Below, piece by piece: positions 9,069-18,070 of a stretch of DNA of 64,000 bases (positions are counted from its first letter, which is position 1; every line of letters begins with the position of its first letter). Position numbers and translations under genes: made by a program. The DNA is from an uncultured Gemmatimonadaceae bacterium (lineage in GTDB: Bacteria > Gemmatimonadota > Gemmatimonadetes > Gemmatimonadales > Gemmatimonadaceae), in the NCBI GenBank assembly GCA_963790305.1, contig CAWBOC010000009.1:832001-896000 (forward strand). The letters run 5' to 3'. The notes under the pieces were generated by a model. That model was given only the letters and a program-made list of their open reading frames with translations, did no database searches and was not told the DNA's origin.

Positions 9069-11159
9069 ATGGCTCCGACCATCGTCCGAGCGGCCTGCCC
9101 CCACGATTGCCCGGATACCTGCGCAATGCTGGTGACCGTCGAGGACGGCCGCGCCACCAAGGTCGCCGGCGATCCCGACCACCCCTTCACGCAGGGATTT
9201 CTCTGCACGAAGGTCAATCGCTACCTCGAGCGCACCTATCACCCCGAGCGTTTGCTTCGCCCGATGCGTCGCATCGGCCGCAAGGGAGACGGCCGCTTCG
9301 AGCCGATCTCGTGGGATGACGCCCTCGACGAGATTGCCGAGCGCCTGACGAGCATCGCGGGCTCGCCGGACGGTCCGCAGGCGATTCTGCCGTACTCGTA
9401 CGCGGGCACGATGGGCTACGTGCAGAGCGCATCGATGGACCGGCGCTTTTTCCATCTGCTCGGCGCCTCGAAGCTCGATCGCACCATCTGCTCGATGGCC
9501 GGCACGGTCGGGATGCGGATGACGGTCGGTGCGAACATTGGCGCGGACGGTGAAGGGCTGCCCGAGAGCGATTTCGTCCTCTTGTGGGGGACCAACACGC
9601 TCACGTCGAATCCGCACCTGTGGCCGTTCGTCCTTCAGGCACGCGCGAACGGGGCGTCGATCATCGCGATCGATCCGCTTCGCACGCGCACCGCCGCCCA
9701 GTGCGACGAATGGTTCGGCATTCGGCCCGGCACCGACGCGGCGCTCGCGCTGGGCATGATGCACGTGCTGTTCGCGGAGGGGATGGAGGACCAGGAGTTT
9801 CTGACGAACTACACGCTCGGTGAAGAGCTGCTGCGCGAGCGCGTCCGCGAGTACTCTCCGGCGCGCGTCGCGTCGATCACCGGCCTCGAGGAAGCACGCA
9901 TCATCGGCCTCGCCCTGCGGTACGGTCACTCGCGCGCGGCGTTCATTCGCGTCAACTACGGGCTGCAGCGGCACAAGGGCGGCGGAATGGCCGTCCGTAC
10001 GATCGCGTGCCTTCCCGCGGTCGTCGGGCATTGGCGCCGTCCGGGTGGCGGCGTCCAGCTGTCCACCAGCGCGAACTTCCAGTTCGACAAGAACACGCTC
10101 GAGCGCCCCGACCTCTCACCGCCGGTGCGCACGATCAACATGATCCGGCTCGGAGAGGCGCTGACGACACCGAATGCGGGCGTCGGCGGGCCGCCGGTAC
10201 GGGCGATGGTCGTATACAACTCGAACCCCGCCGCGGTCGCGCCCGATCGCAACGCGGTGATGCGCGGATTCGCGCGCGACGACCTGTTCACGGTGGTGCT
10301 CGACCACTTTCAGACGGACACCGCCGACTGGGCCGACATCGTGTTGCCCGCGACGACGCAGCTCGAGCACTGGGACATTCACTTCGCGTACGGTCACCAC
10401 TACGTCACGCTGAACCGACCGTCGATCGCCCCGCTCGGCGAAGCGAAGCCCAACTCCGAGATCTTCCGCCTGCTCGCCGCACGCATGGGAATGCATCACC
10501 CCGCTCTCCGCGACGACGATCTCACGCTCATCCATCAGGCGATCGAGGGCGCGACACCAGGCGCGTGGAACGCGGAGAAGCTGCGCGGCGTGACGCTCGA
10601 CGAGCTGCTCGAGCGCGGATGGATGCGTCTCAACGTGCCGAAGCCGTACCTGCCATTCGGGAACGGCGAGTTCCTCACGCCCAGCGGCAAGTGCGAGTTC
10701 TATTCGGAGCGGATGAAGGAGATGGGACTCGACCCCCTTCCCTCGTTCACGGCGCCTTACGAGTTCCCGGAGGAGGCTCCGGAGCTCGCGTCACGCTTCC
10801 CGCTCACGTTGATCTCCTCCCCCGCGCACCAGTTCCTGAACTCGACGTTCGTGAACATCGGCGCCCTCCGCCGCGCCGCCCGCGAGCCGGAGCTGATGAT
10901 CCACCCGAGCGACGCCGAGCCGCGCGGCATCGCCACCGGCATGCGTGTGGTGGTGCATAACGATCGCGGCGAGTTCACCGCCGTGGCCCGCGTCGACGAA
11001 TCGGTCCGCGAAACGGTGGTGTGGGCCCCGTCGATCTGGTGGGCGAAGTACGCCGCCGACGGCCAGAACGCGAACGCCACCACTTCCCAGCTCGAGACGG
11101 ACATGGGGCATGGTCCCGTGTTCTACGACAATCTGGTGGAGGTGATGGCGGCGGATTGA
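9069..11159 (+). CDS. molybdopterin-dependent oxidoreductase
   Basis: CPHDCPDTC...C Fe-S motif, ADIVLPATT and a C-terminal molybdopterin dinucleotide-binding domain. Confidence 0.9.
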   Translation: MAPTIVRAACPHDCPDTCAMLVTVEDGRATKVAGDPDHPFTQGFLCTKVNRYLERTYHPERLLRPMRRIGRKGDGRFEPISWDDALDEIAERLTSIAGSPDGPQAILPYSYAGTMGYVQSASMDRRFFHLLGASKLDRTICSMAGTVGMRMTVGANIGADGEGLPESDFVLLWGTNTLTSNPHLWPFVLQARANGASIIAIDPLRTRTAAQCDEWFGIRPGTDAALALGMMHVLFAEGMEDQEFLTNYTLGEELLRERVREYSPARVASITGLEEARIIGLALRYGHSRAAFIRVNYGLQRHKGGGMAVRTIACLPAVVGHWRRPGGGVQLSTSANFQFDKNTLERPDLSPPVRTINMIRLGEALTTPNAGVGGPPVRAMVVYNSNPAAVAPDRNAVMRGFARDDLFTVVLDHFQTDTADWADIVLPATTQLEHWDIHFAYGHHYVTLNRPSIAPLGEAKPNSEIFRLLAARMGMHHPALRDDDLTLIHQAIEGATPGAWNAEKLRGVTLDELLERGWMRLNVPKPYLPFGNGEFLTPSGKCEFYSERMKEMGLDPLPSFTAPYEFPEEAPELASRFPLTLISSPAHQFLNSTFVNIGALRRAAREPELMIHPSDAEPRGIATGMRVVVHNDRGEFTAVARVDESVRETVVWAPSIWWAKYAADGQNANATTSQLETDMGHGPVFYDNLVEVMAAD

Positions 11160-11177
11160 TGGTGTGCGCCACGGTCT

Positions 11178-11645
11178 TGGAACCGCAGATTGCCGCAGAT
11201 GGCCGCAGAGACGGTTCCTCCTGGCGATCGAGATCCTTACCGCCACGCTGGCATCACCAGGAAGCTGTTGGATTGCTTCTTTGATGTCTACCACGAGCTT
11301 GGCCTTGGCTTTCTCGAGGCAGTTTATTCCAATGCGTTCGCGATTGCGTTGACGCAAGCCGAAATCTCGTTTCGACGAGAATTCGATGTACCGGTGTTCT
11401 TCCGGGGGATTCCCATAGGCGCCTACAAGGCGGATTTCCTCATCGCCGACGACATCATTGTCGAGTTGAAGGCTGCACGAGCCATCGACCCAGTTCACAT
11501 CGCCCAGCTTGTCAACTACCTGCGTGGTTCCAAGGTCGAGTTGGGGTACATCCTGAATTTCGGTCCAAAGCCGTCATACAAGCGCTTTATTTTCTCCAAC
11601 GCACGCAAGAACAGTTGCGGCCATCTGCGGCCATCTGCGGTTCCA
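11178..11645. mobile_element. putative ~470-bp element: GxxExxY gene bounded by 30-bp terminal inverted repeats
   Basis: 11178-11207 TGGAACCGCAGATTGCCGCAGATGGCCGCA versus reverse complement of 11616-11645 TGGAACCGCAGATGGCCGCAGATGGCCGCA (29/30); mobility inferred. Confidence 0.65.
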
Positions 11646-11648
11646 TAG
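11190..11648 (+). CDS. GxxExxY protein (PD-(D/E)XK nuclease-like)
   Basis: GFLEAVY motif, ADFLI..IIVELKA catalytic-like D..ExK, HIAQLVNYL, LNFG; start may be ATG 11199. Confidence 0.92.
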   Translation: MPQMAAETVPPGDRDPYRHAGITRKLLDCFFDVYHELGLGFLEAVYSNAFAIALTQAEISFRREFDVPVFFRGIPIGAYKADFLIADDIIVELKAARAIDPVHIAQLVNYLRGSKVELGYILNFGPKPSYKRFIFSNARKNSCGHLRPSAVP

Positions 11649-11707
11649 CACTGGCGCGAATAAGTACGCCCGGCCATCCTGAGTAACGACTCAAAACGGA
11701 GCAGACG

Positions 11708-13180
11708 TTGTCGAGCAAGCAGCACCCCACAACACTCGGCGCCCTCAAGCGCTCACCCTACGCCGCACGCGCCAAGCGCACCGTCAAGGACGAGCTGCGC
11801 GAGAATCTTCTCGAGCGGCTGGCGCGCGGCGGGCCGCTGTTCGAGGGCGTCGTTGGCTATGAAGACACCGTTCTTCCGCAGCTGGTCAACGCCATTCTCG
11901 CCAAGCACAATTTCATCCTCCTCGGGCTGCGCGGGCAGGCCAAGTCGCGCATTCTGCGGTCGCTCGTCACGCTGCTCGATGACGCCATTCCCATCGTCGC
12001 CGGGAGCGAGATCAACGACGATCCGTTCGCGCCGATCTCGAAGCAGGCGAGCCAGGTGATCGAGGAGGCGGGAGACGACACGCCCATCGCGTGGATCGGA
12101 CGCGACCAGCGCTACGTCGAGAAGCTCGCTACCCCCGACGTCACCATCGCCGACATCATCGGCGACGTCGATCCCATCAAGGCTGCGCGCGGCGGACATG
12201 TGCTGTCGGACGAGCTCACCATCCACTACGGCATGCTGCCGCGCGCCAATCGCGGCATCTTCGCGCTCAACGAGCTTCCCGATCTCGCCGGCAAGATCCA
12301 GGTGGGATTGTTCAACATCATGCAGGAAGGCGACGTCCAGATCAAAGGCTATCCCATCCGCATCCCGCTCGATGTGCTCCTCTGCTTCACCGCCAACCCC
12401 GAGGATTACACCGCGCGCGGGAAGATCATCACGCCGCTCAAGGATCGCATCGGAAGCGAGATTGCGACGCACTATCCGGAGTCGGTCGAAGTCGGGATGG
12501 AGATCACGCAGCAGGAGGCGTGGACCGCTCGCGGCTCTCTTCCCGTGCGTGTCCCGGACTTCATCGCCGAGGTCGTCGAGCGCGTCGCCTTCGAGGCACG
12601 CACCGACAAGCGCGTCGACAAGCGCTCCGGCGTCTCACAGCGCATGCCGATAACGGTTCTCGAGAGCGTCGTGTCGAACGCCGAGCGGCGCGCCGTCGAG
12701 CGGCGCGAGTGCACGGTCGTGCCGCGCGTGTCGGACATCTACGCGGCGCTGCCGTCGATCACCGGCAAGATCGAGCTCGAGTACGAGGGCGAGCTCATCG
12801 GAGGACAGGTCATCGCGCGTGAGCTGATTCGTCGCGCTGCCGACGCGACGTTCCAGTCGAGAGCAGGCGGCTCCGATACCGACGAGATCGTGATGTGGTT
12901 CGACACGGGGAACGCGCTCGAGGTGCCCGACGACGCCGCCAGCGAGCCGCTGTCGCAGGCCTTCGAGGATGTCCCGACGCTTCTCGATCTCGTGCATGGC
13001 GTCGGGCTCGCATCGCAGGGCGATACCGAGATGACCGTCGCGGCGTGCGAGCTCGTGCTCGAAGCGCTGGTCGGGCGTCGAAAGATCTCGCGCTCCGACG
13101 CCGGACGGTACGGTCGCGCTCAGCCGCCCGAGCGCCGCCGGCCGAACGATCTCTTCGGCGGCGGTGGCATGACCGCCTAG
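11708..13180 (+). CDS. AAA+ ATPase, magnesium-chelatase/MoxR-like
   Basis: LGLRGQAKS Walker A variant, IFALNELPDL Walker B region, ANPEDYT.RGKIITPLKDR. Confidence 0.85.
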   Translation: MSSKQHPTTLGALKRSPYAARAKRTVKDELRENLLERLARGGPLFEGVVGYEDTVLPQLVNAILAKHNFILLGLRGQAKSRILRSLVTLLDDAIPIVAGSEINDDPFAPISKQASQVIEEAGDDTPIAWIGRDQRYVEKLATPDVTIADIIGDVDPIKAARGGHVLSDELTIHYGMLPRANRGIFALNELPDLAGKIQVGLFNIMQEGDVQIKGYPIRIPLDVLLCFTANPEDYTARGKIITPLKDRIGSEIATHYPESVEVGMEITQQEAWTARGSLPVRVPDFIAEVVERVAFEARTDKRVDKRSGVSQRMPITVLESVVSNAERRAVERRECTVVPRVSDIYAALPSITGKIELEYEGELIGGQVIARELIRRAADATFQSRAGGSDTDEIVMWFDTGNALEVPDDAASEPLSQAFEDVPTLLDLVHGVGLASQGDTEMTVAACELVLEALVGRRKISRSDAGRYGRAQPPERRRPNDLFGGGGMTA

Positions 13181-13675
13181 GTGGCCCGCGCCGCGGCGCC
13201 GCGTACGCGCGTGCGCGTTCGCCCGGCGACCATGGCGGACGCCGAACGGATCGCCGAGCTGCGCCTCGCGCTCATCGGCGAGCACCGGTCGAACGCGATC
13301 TACGCGCGCCTGCGCCGCGATGCCCCGTCTCGAGCCGTCGACCTGACGAAGGAGCAGCTCGCGTCGGATCGCGAGGCAATGTTCGTCGCCACCAGAGATG
13401 ACCGGATCATCGGCGTGCTACGCTGCATCGACCAGCGGGGACATCGCCTGTTGCGTCCATCGCGTTTTGCGCTCATCTCCACGGTGTACGTGGACCCTGC
13501 CGTTCGACGGCAAGGCGTGCTTCGTTCGCTGATGGAGGCCGCCATCGGCTGGAGCCGGGAGCGAGGCCTCACCGAGATGCGTCTTCAGAACGCGGCCGAC
13601 AATCCGCTGGCCGTCGCGGCGTGGGAGGCGTTAGGCTTTCGCGTCGTGGAACAGATTCGCCTTCGCCCCCTCTGA
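13181..13675 (+). CDS. GNAT N-acetyltransferase
   Basis: VYVDPAVRRQGV acetyl-CoA motif; N..A..W.ALGF. Confidence 0.85.
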   Translation: MARAAAPRTRVRVRPATMADAERIAELRLALIGEHRSNAIYARLRRDAPSRAVDLTKEQLASDREAMFVATRDDRIIGVLRCIDQRGHRLLRPSRFALISTVYVDPAVRRQGVLRSLMEAAIGWSRERGLTEMRLQNAADNPLAVAAWEALGFRVVEQIRLRPL

Positions 13676-13684
13676 CGCGACGCC

Positions 13685-14329
13685 ATGGCGATCATCACGA
13701 TCTCGCGCATGTACGGCTCCGGCGGCTCCGACGTCGCCGCACGCGTCGCCCAGCTGCTCGCCTGGTCGCTGTTCGACAACGACTTCGTCGACGCCGTGGC
13801 GGAGCGACTCGGGGTTCCGGTATCGGAGGTGCAGGCGCGCGAGGAACGCACGCCCTCGCTCGTCGAGCGCCTCGCGTCGGCGCTGGCGGTCGCGTCTCCG
13901 GAGATACTGCCGCCTCCAACCGAGCAGGTGCCGCCGAGCGAGGAGCGGATGGCCGAGGTCACCCGGCGCATCATCGAGGAGGCGGTCGCCCGAGGGAATG
14001 CGGTGCTCGTTGGCCGCGGGGCGCAATCGGTGCTGGCCCGCCGGGCGGGGGTGCTTCACGTCTTCTGCTACGCCCCCCGCGACGCGCTCGTCCGTCGAGT
14101 GGCCGAGCGACGGGGTGTGTCGATCGGGGAAGCGGAGAAGAAGGTCGACGAGATCAACAAGCAGCGGGACCAATACGTCCGCGCGGCTTTCAAGCGGTCG
14201 TGGAAGGCCCACGACAACTATCACCTCGCCGTCAACACCGAGTGGCTTGGGGTGGAAGGCGCGGCACAGCTCATTGTCAGTGCGGCCCAGCGGATGGGCA
14301 TTACCCGCCGTGACGAAAATCCCGCCTGA
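13685..14329 (+). CDS. cytidylate kinase-like family protein
   Basis: IITISRMYGSGG P-loop, VLVGRG, YHLAVNT. Confidence 0.85.
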   Translation: MAIITISRMYGSGGSDVAARVAQLLAWSLFDNDFVDAVAERLGVPVSEVQAREERTPSLVERLASALAVASPEILPPPTEQVPPSEERMAEVTRRIIEEAVARGNAVLVGRGAQSVLARRAGVLHVFCYAPRDALVRRVAERRGVSIGEAEKKVDEINKQRDQYVRAAFKRSWKAHDNYHLAVNTEWLGVEGAAQLIVSAAQRMGITRRDENPA

Positions 14330-14391
14330 GCGTTGGTAGAGGCGCCCGCACCTCGAGGTCGCGGTCGCTCTCACACCATTTCTCAGGATTT

Positions 14392-14739
14392 ATGCGCCGC
14401 TTTCTCGTAATCCCCGCCGTCATCGGCGTGCTATCGGGCTGCACCTCGTTCCGTCTGGTACAGGCAAACGAGCCCCTTCCCCCGCACGCGACGGTGGCGA
14501 TTACCTTCGACGAGCCGCGGAACCTCGACGCTCGGCGCAACTCGACGGTGTACTCCCTCCGCGAGGTCAGCACGGTGTACGGCGAGCTCGAGGACGTTCG
14601 GTCGGACACTCTGGTGCTTCGCGTCCTCAGCATCGAGTCGAGCCGACGCCAGCCGCGCCTCCCCGCTGAGGCACGGCTTGCGGTCGTGCCGGGCGCGTCG
14701 GCCCAGCTTTCGACGAGCGGAGTTTCCGAGCAGAGGTGA
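14392..14739 (+). CDS. lipoprotein, paralogue of 16732 and 17648, lacking the C-terminal TM helix
   Basis: lipobox LSGC; shared ITFDEPRNL / VYSL..V..VYGE / DTLVLRVL motifs; stop lies inside repeat B1. Confidence 0.7.
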   Translation: MRRFLVIPAVIGVLSGCTSFRLVQANEPLPPHATVAITFDEPRNLDARRNSTVYSLREVSTVYGELEDVRSDTLVLRVLSIESSRRQPRLPAEARLAVVPGASAQLSTSGVSEQR

Positions 14740-14827
14740 TCGAGGCTGTCGAGGGTGTCCAGGTGATCGAGGGAAGGCAACGACGTTCCTGGATCACCTT
14801 GACGACCTCGACACCCTCGCCTACCTC
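14733..14827. repeat. nonamer inverted-repeat hairpin (family B1)
   Basis: GAGGTGATC-like units x4-5, spacer AAGGCAACGACGTT, then CCTCGAC-type units in reverse. Confidence 0.9.
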
Positions 14828-14831
14828 GCTT

Positions 14832-15173
14832 TCACGACCGACCCCGCGGCAATTCGTCTCCACTCTTCGTGTACGCGGGCGGCACGTACAGCGTGAGCGC
14901 CTTGAGCAGCGTTCGCCCGGTGTTGCGGATCTCGTGCGTGTCCCCCTTCTCGATGAGCACTAAGGCCCCTTCGCGAAGGGGGAAACGTCGGCCGTTCACC
15001 GTCGCCGACCCCCGCCCGGAAAGCACGAAGAGCCATTGATCGGCGCCGCAATGGCGGTTGTCAGGCCCGCCCTCGCAGTCGCCCGGCTCGATTACCATTG
15101 AGGCGCCTTGCGCGCGTCGATTACCGAGGGCGACGCGAAAGCCCTTGCCGAATCGGAGTGTCGTTCGTCGCAT
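14832..15173 (-). CDS. cupin domain protein
   Basis: MVIEPG..EGGPDNRH..ADQWLFVLSG and IEKGDTHEIRNTG cupin motifs. Confidence 0.85.
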   Translation of the reverse strand: MRRTTLRFGKGFRVALGNRRAQGASMVIEPGDCEGGPDNRHCGADQWLFVLSGRGSATVNGRRFPLREGALVLIEKGDTHEIRNTGRTLLKALTLYVPPAYTKSGDELPRGRS

Positions 15174-15279
15174 GCGCGAGGCCAAGCGCAAAAACGCAGC
15201 CGGACCGAGCCTCGGCGGCCTTGAGCCGGTCACACCGTCGGCAACATTCTTGTACGGCAGGGTGTCAACCTAGCAGGAA

Positions 15280-15323
15280 GTCACCTCGATAACCTCGACA
15301 CCCTCGACGACATCGACCACCTC
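15280..15323. repeat. family B half element (right arm only, B2)
   Basis: GTCACCTCGATAACCTCGACACCCTCGACGACATCGACCACCTC. Confidence 0.8.
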
Positions 15324-15340
15324 GCATTCCGGAGAAGCCC

Positions 15341-15817
15341 GTGAAGCTGCCAGCACTTTGCGCTCTGGCCATGAGCGCAGCCATGACACTCTCTCTCGGT
15401 GCGCAGGCACGCCCGGATACAGCCACGGCCGCTCAGCTGCCCAGCGTCGAGCTGCCACGCGACCTCGCGCGCGTGCTCACCGACTATGAAACCGAATGGC
15501 GACGCAACGGCGCGGCCGTCGCCCAGCTGTTCACGGAGGACGGCTTCGTGCTCTCGGGCGGGCGTCCGCCGATTCGCGGGCGCGCGGCCATCGCCCAGCA
15601 CTACGGGAGCGGTGGAGGCGGGCCGCTTTCACTTCGCGCGCTCGCTTACGCCGCCGAAGGGTCGGTCGGATACATCATCGGCGGATACACGATGGAGCGA
15701 GGAACGCCGGATATCGGAAAGTTCACCCTGACGCTGCGCAAGCGGCCCGACGGGCGGTGGATGATCGTCTCCGACATGGACAATCCGAATCGACCTCCGC
15801 AGCGACGTTCTCCGTAA
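15341..15817 (+). CDS. secreted NTF2-like / DUF4440 protein
   Basis: signal peptide; LFTEDG...PIRGRAAI and GKFTLTLRKRPDGRWMIVSDM. Confidence 0.8.
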   Translation: MKLPALCALAMSAAMTLSLGAQARPDTATAAQLPSVELPRDLARVLTDYETEWRRNGAAVAQLFTEDGFVLSGGRPPIRGRAAIAQHYGSGGGGPLSLRALAYAAEGSVGYIIGGYTMERGTPDIGKFTLTLRKRPDGRWMIVSDMDNPNRPPQRRSP

Positions 15818-15827
15818 TCACGGGCAT

Positions 15828-16601
15828 CTACGTGATGCTCGCCCACGCGCCTTCGCATTCCTCGCACCCGCTGCCGCGCGGGTGAAGGAAGATCACCGGA
15901 TCGCGACGCACTTGCTCGACCACGACGTCGATCACGTCCCGCGAGCGCGTGAGGCGCGCCTGCCCATGTCCCACCGGTCCCTCGCGCTGTAAGCCTCGCT
16001 CGCGAAGCCAGCCGTCGGCGAGCGTGAACCGCTGACAGCAGTGGTCGTTCTCGCCGTACTCGATGCGCACCGGGCGCCCGTCGACCAGGTGCGTGATGTG
16101 CTTCGGCACACGATACGGCGCACCACCGAGCACCTCGGCGAGGTGAATCGTGGTGTTGGCGTCGTGCCCCACGCCGAGCAAAAGGATCTGCGCGTCGAGC
16201 TCCCACGCTCGGCCGATCGCGCTCTCGAGTCGATGCGGTGGAATCGGTAACGGGTCGCTCGTTATGCGCTGGGCTTCGGGACCGAGGGCGGCGAAGGTGA
16301 AAGGATGATCGGTTCGCACGGCGCCCGGCTGTCGCCAGAACGTGTCCGCGATGACACCCAGGTCTACCGCGCTCGGCGCGTTGGGATCGAAGGGATGCTC
16401 GTCATCGCCGGGCCAGGACGGCATCACGATCGTACCCCGCGGGCCGGCGGCCTCGAGCAGCGCATCGATCACGCCCTGCGGGCCGCCCTCGACCGGTCTG
16501 ATCGCGCGGTACGAGGAATGGACGACGAGCACCCCGCCCGGCTCGACCCCGAGGTCGAGGAGCTGGGTCGCGAGAGCAGAGGGTGTGACGGCCGTCGACA
16601 C
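15828..16601 (-). CDS. aac(3): aminoglycoside 3-N-acetyltransferase, AAC(3)-IV-like
   Basis: LGVEPGGVLVVHSS, LLLGVGHDANTTIHLAE, ENDHCC.RF.LAD.WL and RDP.IFLHP..GCEEC all follow AAC(3)-IVa as recalled. Confidence 0.88.
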   Translation of the reverse strand: MSTAVTPSALATQLLDLGVEPGGVLVVHSSYRAIRPVEGGPQGVIDALLEAAGPRGTIVMPSWPGDDEHPFDPNAPSAVDLGVIADTFWRQPGAVRTDHPFTFAALGPEAQRITSDPLPIPPHRLESAIGRAWELDAQILLLGVGHDANTTIHLAEVLGGAPYRVPKHITHLVDGRPVRIEYGENDHCCQRFTLADGWLRERGLQREGPVGHGQARLTRSRDVIDVVVEQVRRDPVIFLHPRGSGCEECEGAWASIT

Positions 16602-16731
16602 ACCGAACTATATGCGCCGGGATGACTACGTAAGATGGCGTATGTCGGCGAGACGCTGACGGACCGATCCTAGAGGGGGAGAGGCGGTTAACGCAGCTCC
16701 GTCGTCGTTACACGAACTGCGCGAGGGGAGA

Positions 16732-17154
16732 ATGCGAAAGACACTCGCTGTCGTGGGCTCGATTACCGTGCTGACGAGCTGCATCAGCTACTACCCGGTA
16801 CAGCCGGGCGAACAGCCCGAACCGGCGTCGACGGTAACGGTGACGTTCGCGTCGCCGCGCGACCTCGAGGCCATGCACGACACGGTGGTGTACGCCCTTC
16901 CCGCCGTCGACAGGGTCCATGGCGAGATGCAATACTCGATCGGCGACACCCTCCTGCTCCGCGTGCTGCTGGTCGAGTCGAACCAACAGCAGCCAGAGCT
17001 TCCGGCCGGCGCCCGCCTAGCGCTGTTTCGCGACGCGTCAACCCGCGTCGCCATGCGCGGTACATCTCCCGGAAAGACGATCGGACTTCTGGCCTTGACC
17101 CTCGTGGGAGTGCTGGCGATCGGTTTGGCGACCGACCCTGTACCGAGCTACTAA
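16732..17154 (+). CDS. lipoprotein with C-terminal TM helix (paralogue family)
   Basis: lipobox LTSC, TVTFASPRDLEA, hydrophobic C-terminus; GAGGGGAG RBS. Confidence 0.8.
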   Translation: MRKTLAVVGSITVLTSCISYYPVQPGEQPEPASTVTVTFASPRDLEAMHDTVVYALPAVDRVHGEMQYSIGDTLLLRVLLVESNQQQPELPAGARLALFRDASTRVAMRGTSPGKTIGLLALTLVGVLAIGLATDPVPSY

Positions 17155-17182
17155 GCCGCCACGCTGGCGAAAAGGAGAACGC

Positions 17183-17623
17183 ATGCCTTGCAAGAGTGCC
17201 GTCATTGCCGCTGGTCTTCTGACGTTGGTCGCGTGCGAGAGCCCGACCGAGCCGGAGCGCTGCGCCGGGATGGTGCAGGAGGGAGAGCTCCACGTCGTGA
17301 TCGGTCCGCGGCCCGGTCTGTTCGGCTATGGTGAGATCGTCTTCGTCGGTGACACGCTGCCCCTCTCGGCGGAGGTGCGTCCGGCGGTGGGTGCGTCGGT
17401 CGATTTCTGGGGCACGGGAGCTTGTGCGGTCGATTATGGCGACCCGATTTCGGCTGCGATCGAATGGTCGTCATCGGATGCGCTGACCGCCACCGTCAGC
17501 GCCACGGGCATGGTCGCCGGCAAGCGCGAGGGAGAGGCGGTCATTACCGCTCGAGCCCCCGCGCAGAACATCAGTGGGAGCCGGGAGATTTACGTCTGGG
17601 TGCGGGGCTCGGGAGCACCGTAG
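17183..17623 (+). CDS. lipoprotein with bacterial Ig-like domain
   Basis: LVAC lipobox; IEWSSSDALTATVSATGMV.G..EGEAVITA Big_2-like motif. Confidence 0.75.
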   Translation: MPCKSAVIAAGLLTLVACESPTEPERCAGMVQEGELHVVIGPRPGLFGYGEIVFVGDTLPLSAEVRPAVGASVDFWGTGACAVDYGDPISAAIEWSSSDALTATVSATGMVAGKREGEAVITARAPAQNISGSREIYVWVRGSGAP

Positions 17624-17647
17624 TCACACAATCACGCGGGAGGGAGC

Positions 17648-18070
17648 ATGCGAAAGGCACTCGCCGTCGTAAGCTCGATCACGGTGTTGACGAGCTGCTC
17701 GAGCTACTACCCCAGGCGGACGGACGAGCAGCTTGCCCCGGCATCGACGATCACGCTGACGTTCGCGTCGCCGCGGGACCTCGAGGCCACCCGCGACACG
17801 GTGGTCTATGTCCTTCCCGCCGTCGAAAAGGTCTATGGGAAAGTCGAGCGCGCGACGGGGGACACCCTCGTGTTGCGCGGCCTGCTGCTCGAATCAGACC
17901 GGCGCCAGCCGAGTCTGCCGCGAGAGGCGCGCCTAACGATCGTGCCCGACCCGTCGACCAACGTGGCGATTCGCCGTGCCTCTCGCGAGAAGACGGTGGC
18001 GCTGCTTGGCGGGCTGACCCTCCTGGGCGGAATCGCGCTCGCGTTGGCGACGCTTGCGCGCGGGTCGTGA
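17648..18070 (+). CDS. lipoprotein with C-terminal TM helix (paralogue family)
   Basis: MRKALAVVSSITVLTSC nearly identical to the 16732 N-terminus; TFASPRDLEA..DTVVY.LPAV. Confidence 0.8.
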   Translation: MRKALAVVSSITVLTSCSSYYPRRTDEQLAPASTITLTFASPRDLEATRDTVVYVLPAVEKVYGKVERATGDTLVLRGLLLESDRRQPSLPREARLTIVPDPSTNVAIRRASREKTVALLGGLTLLGGIALALATLARGS

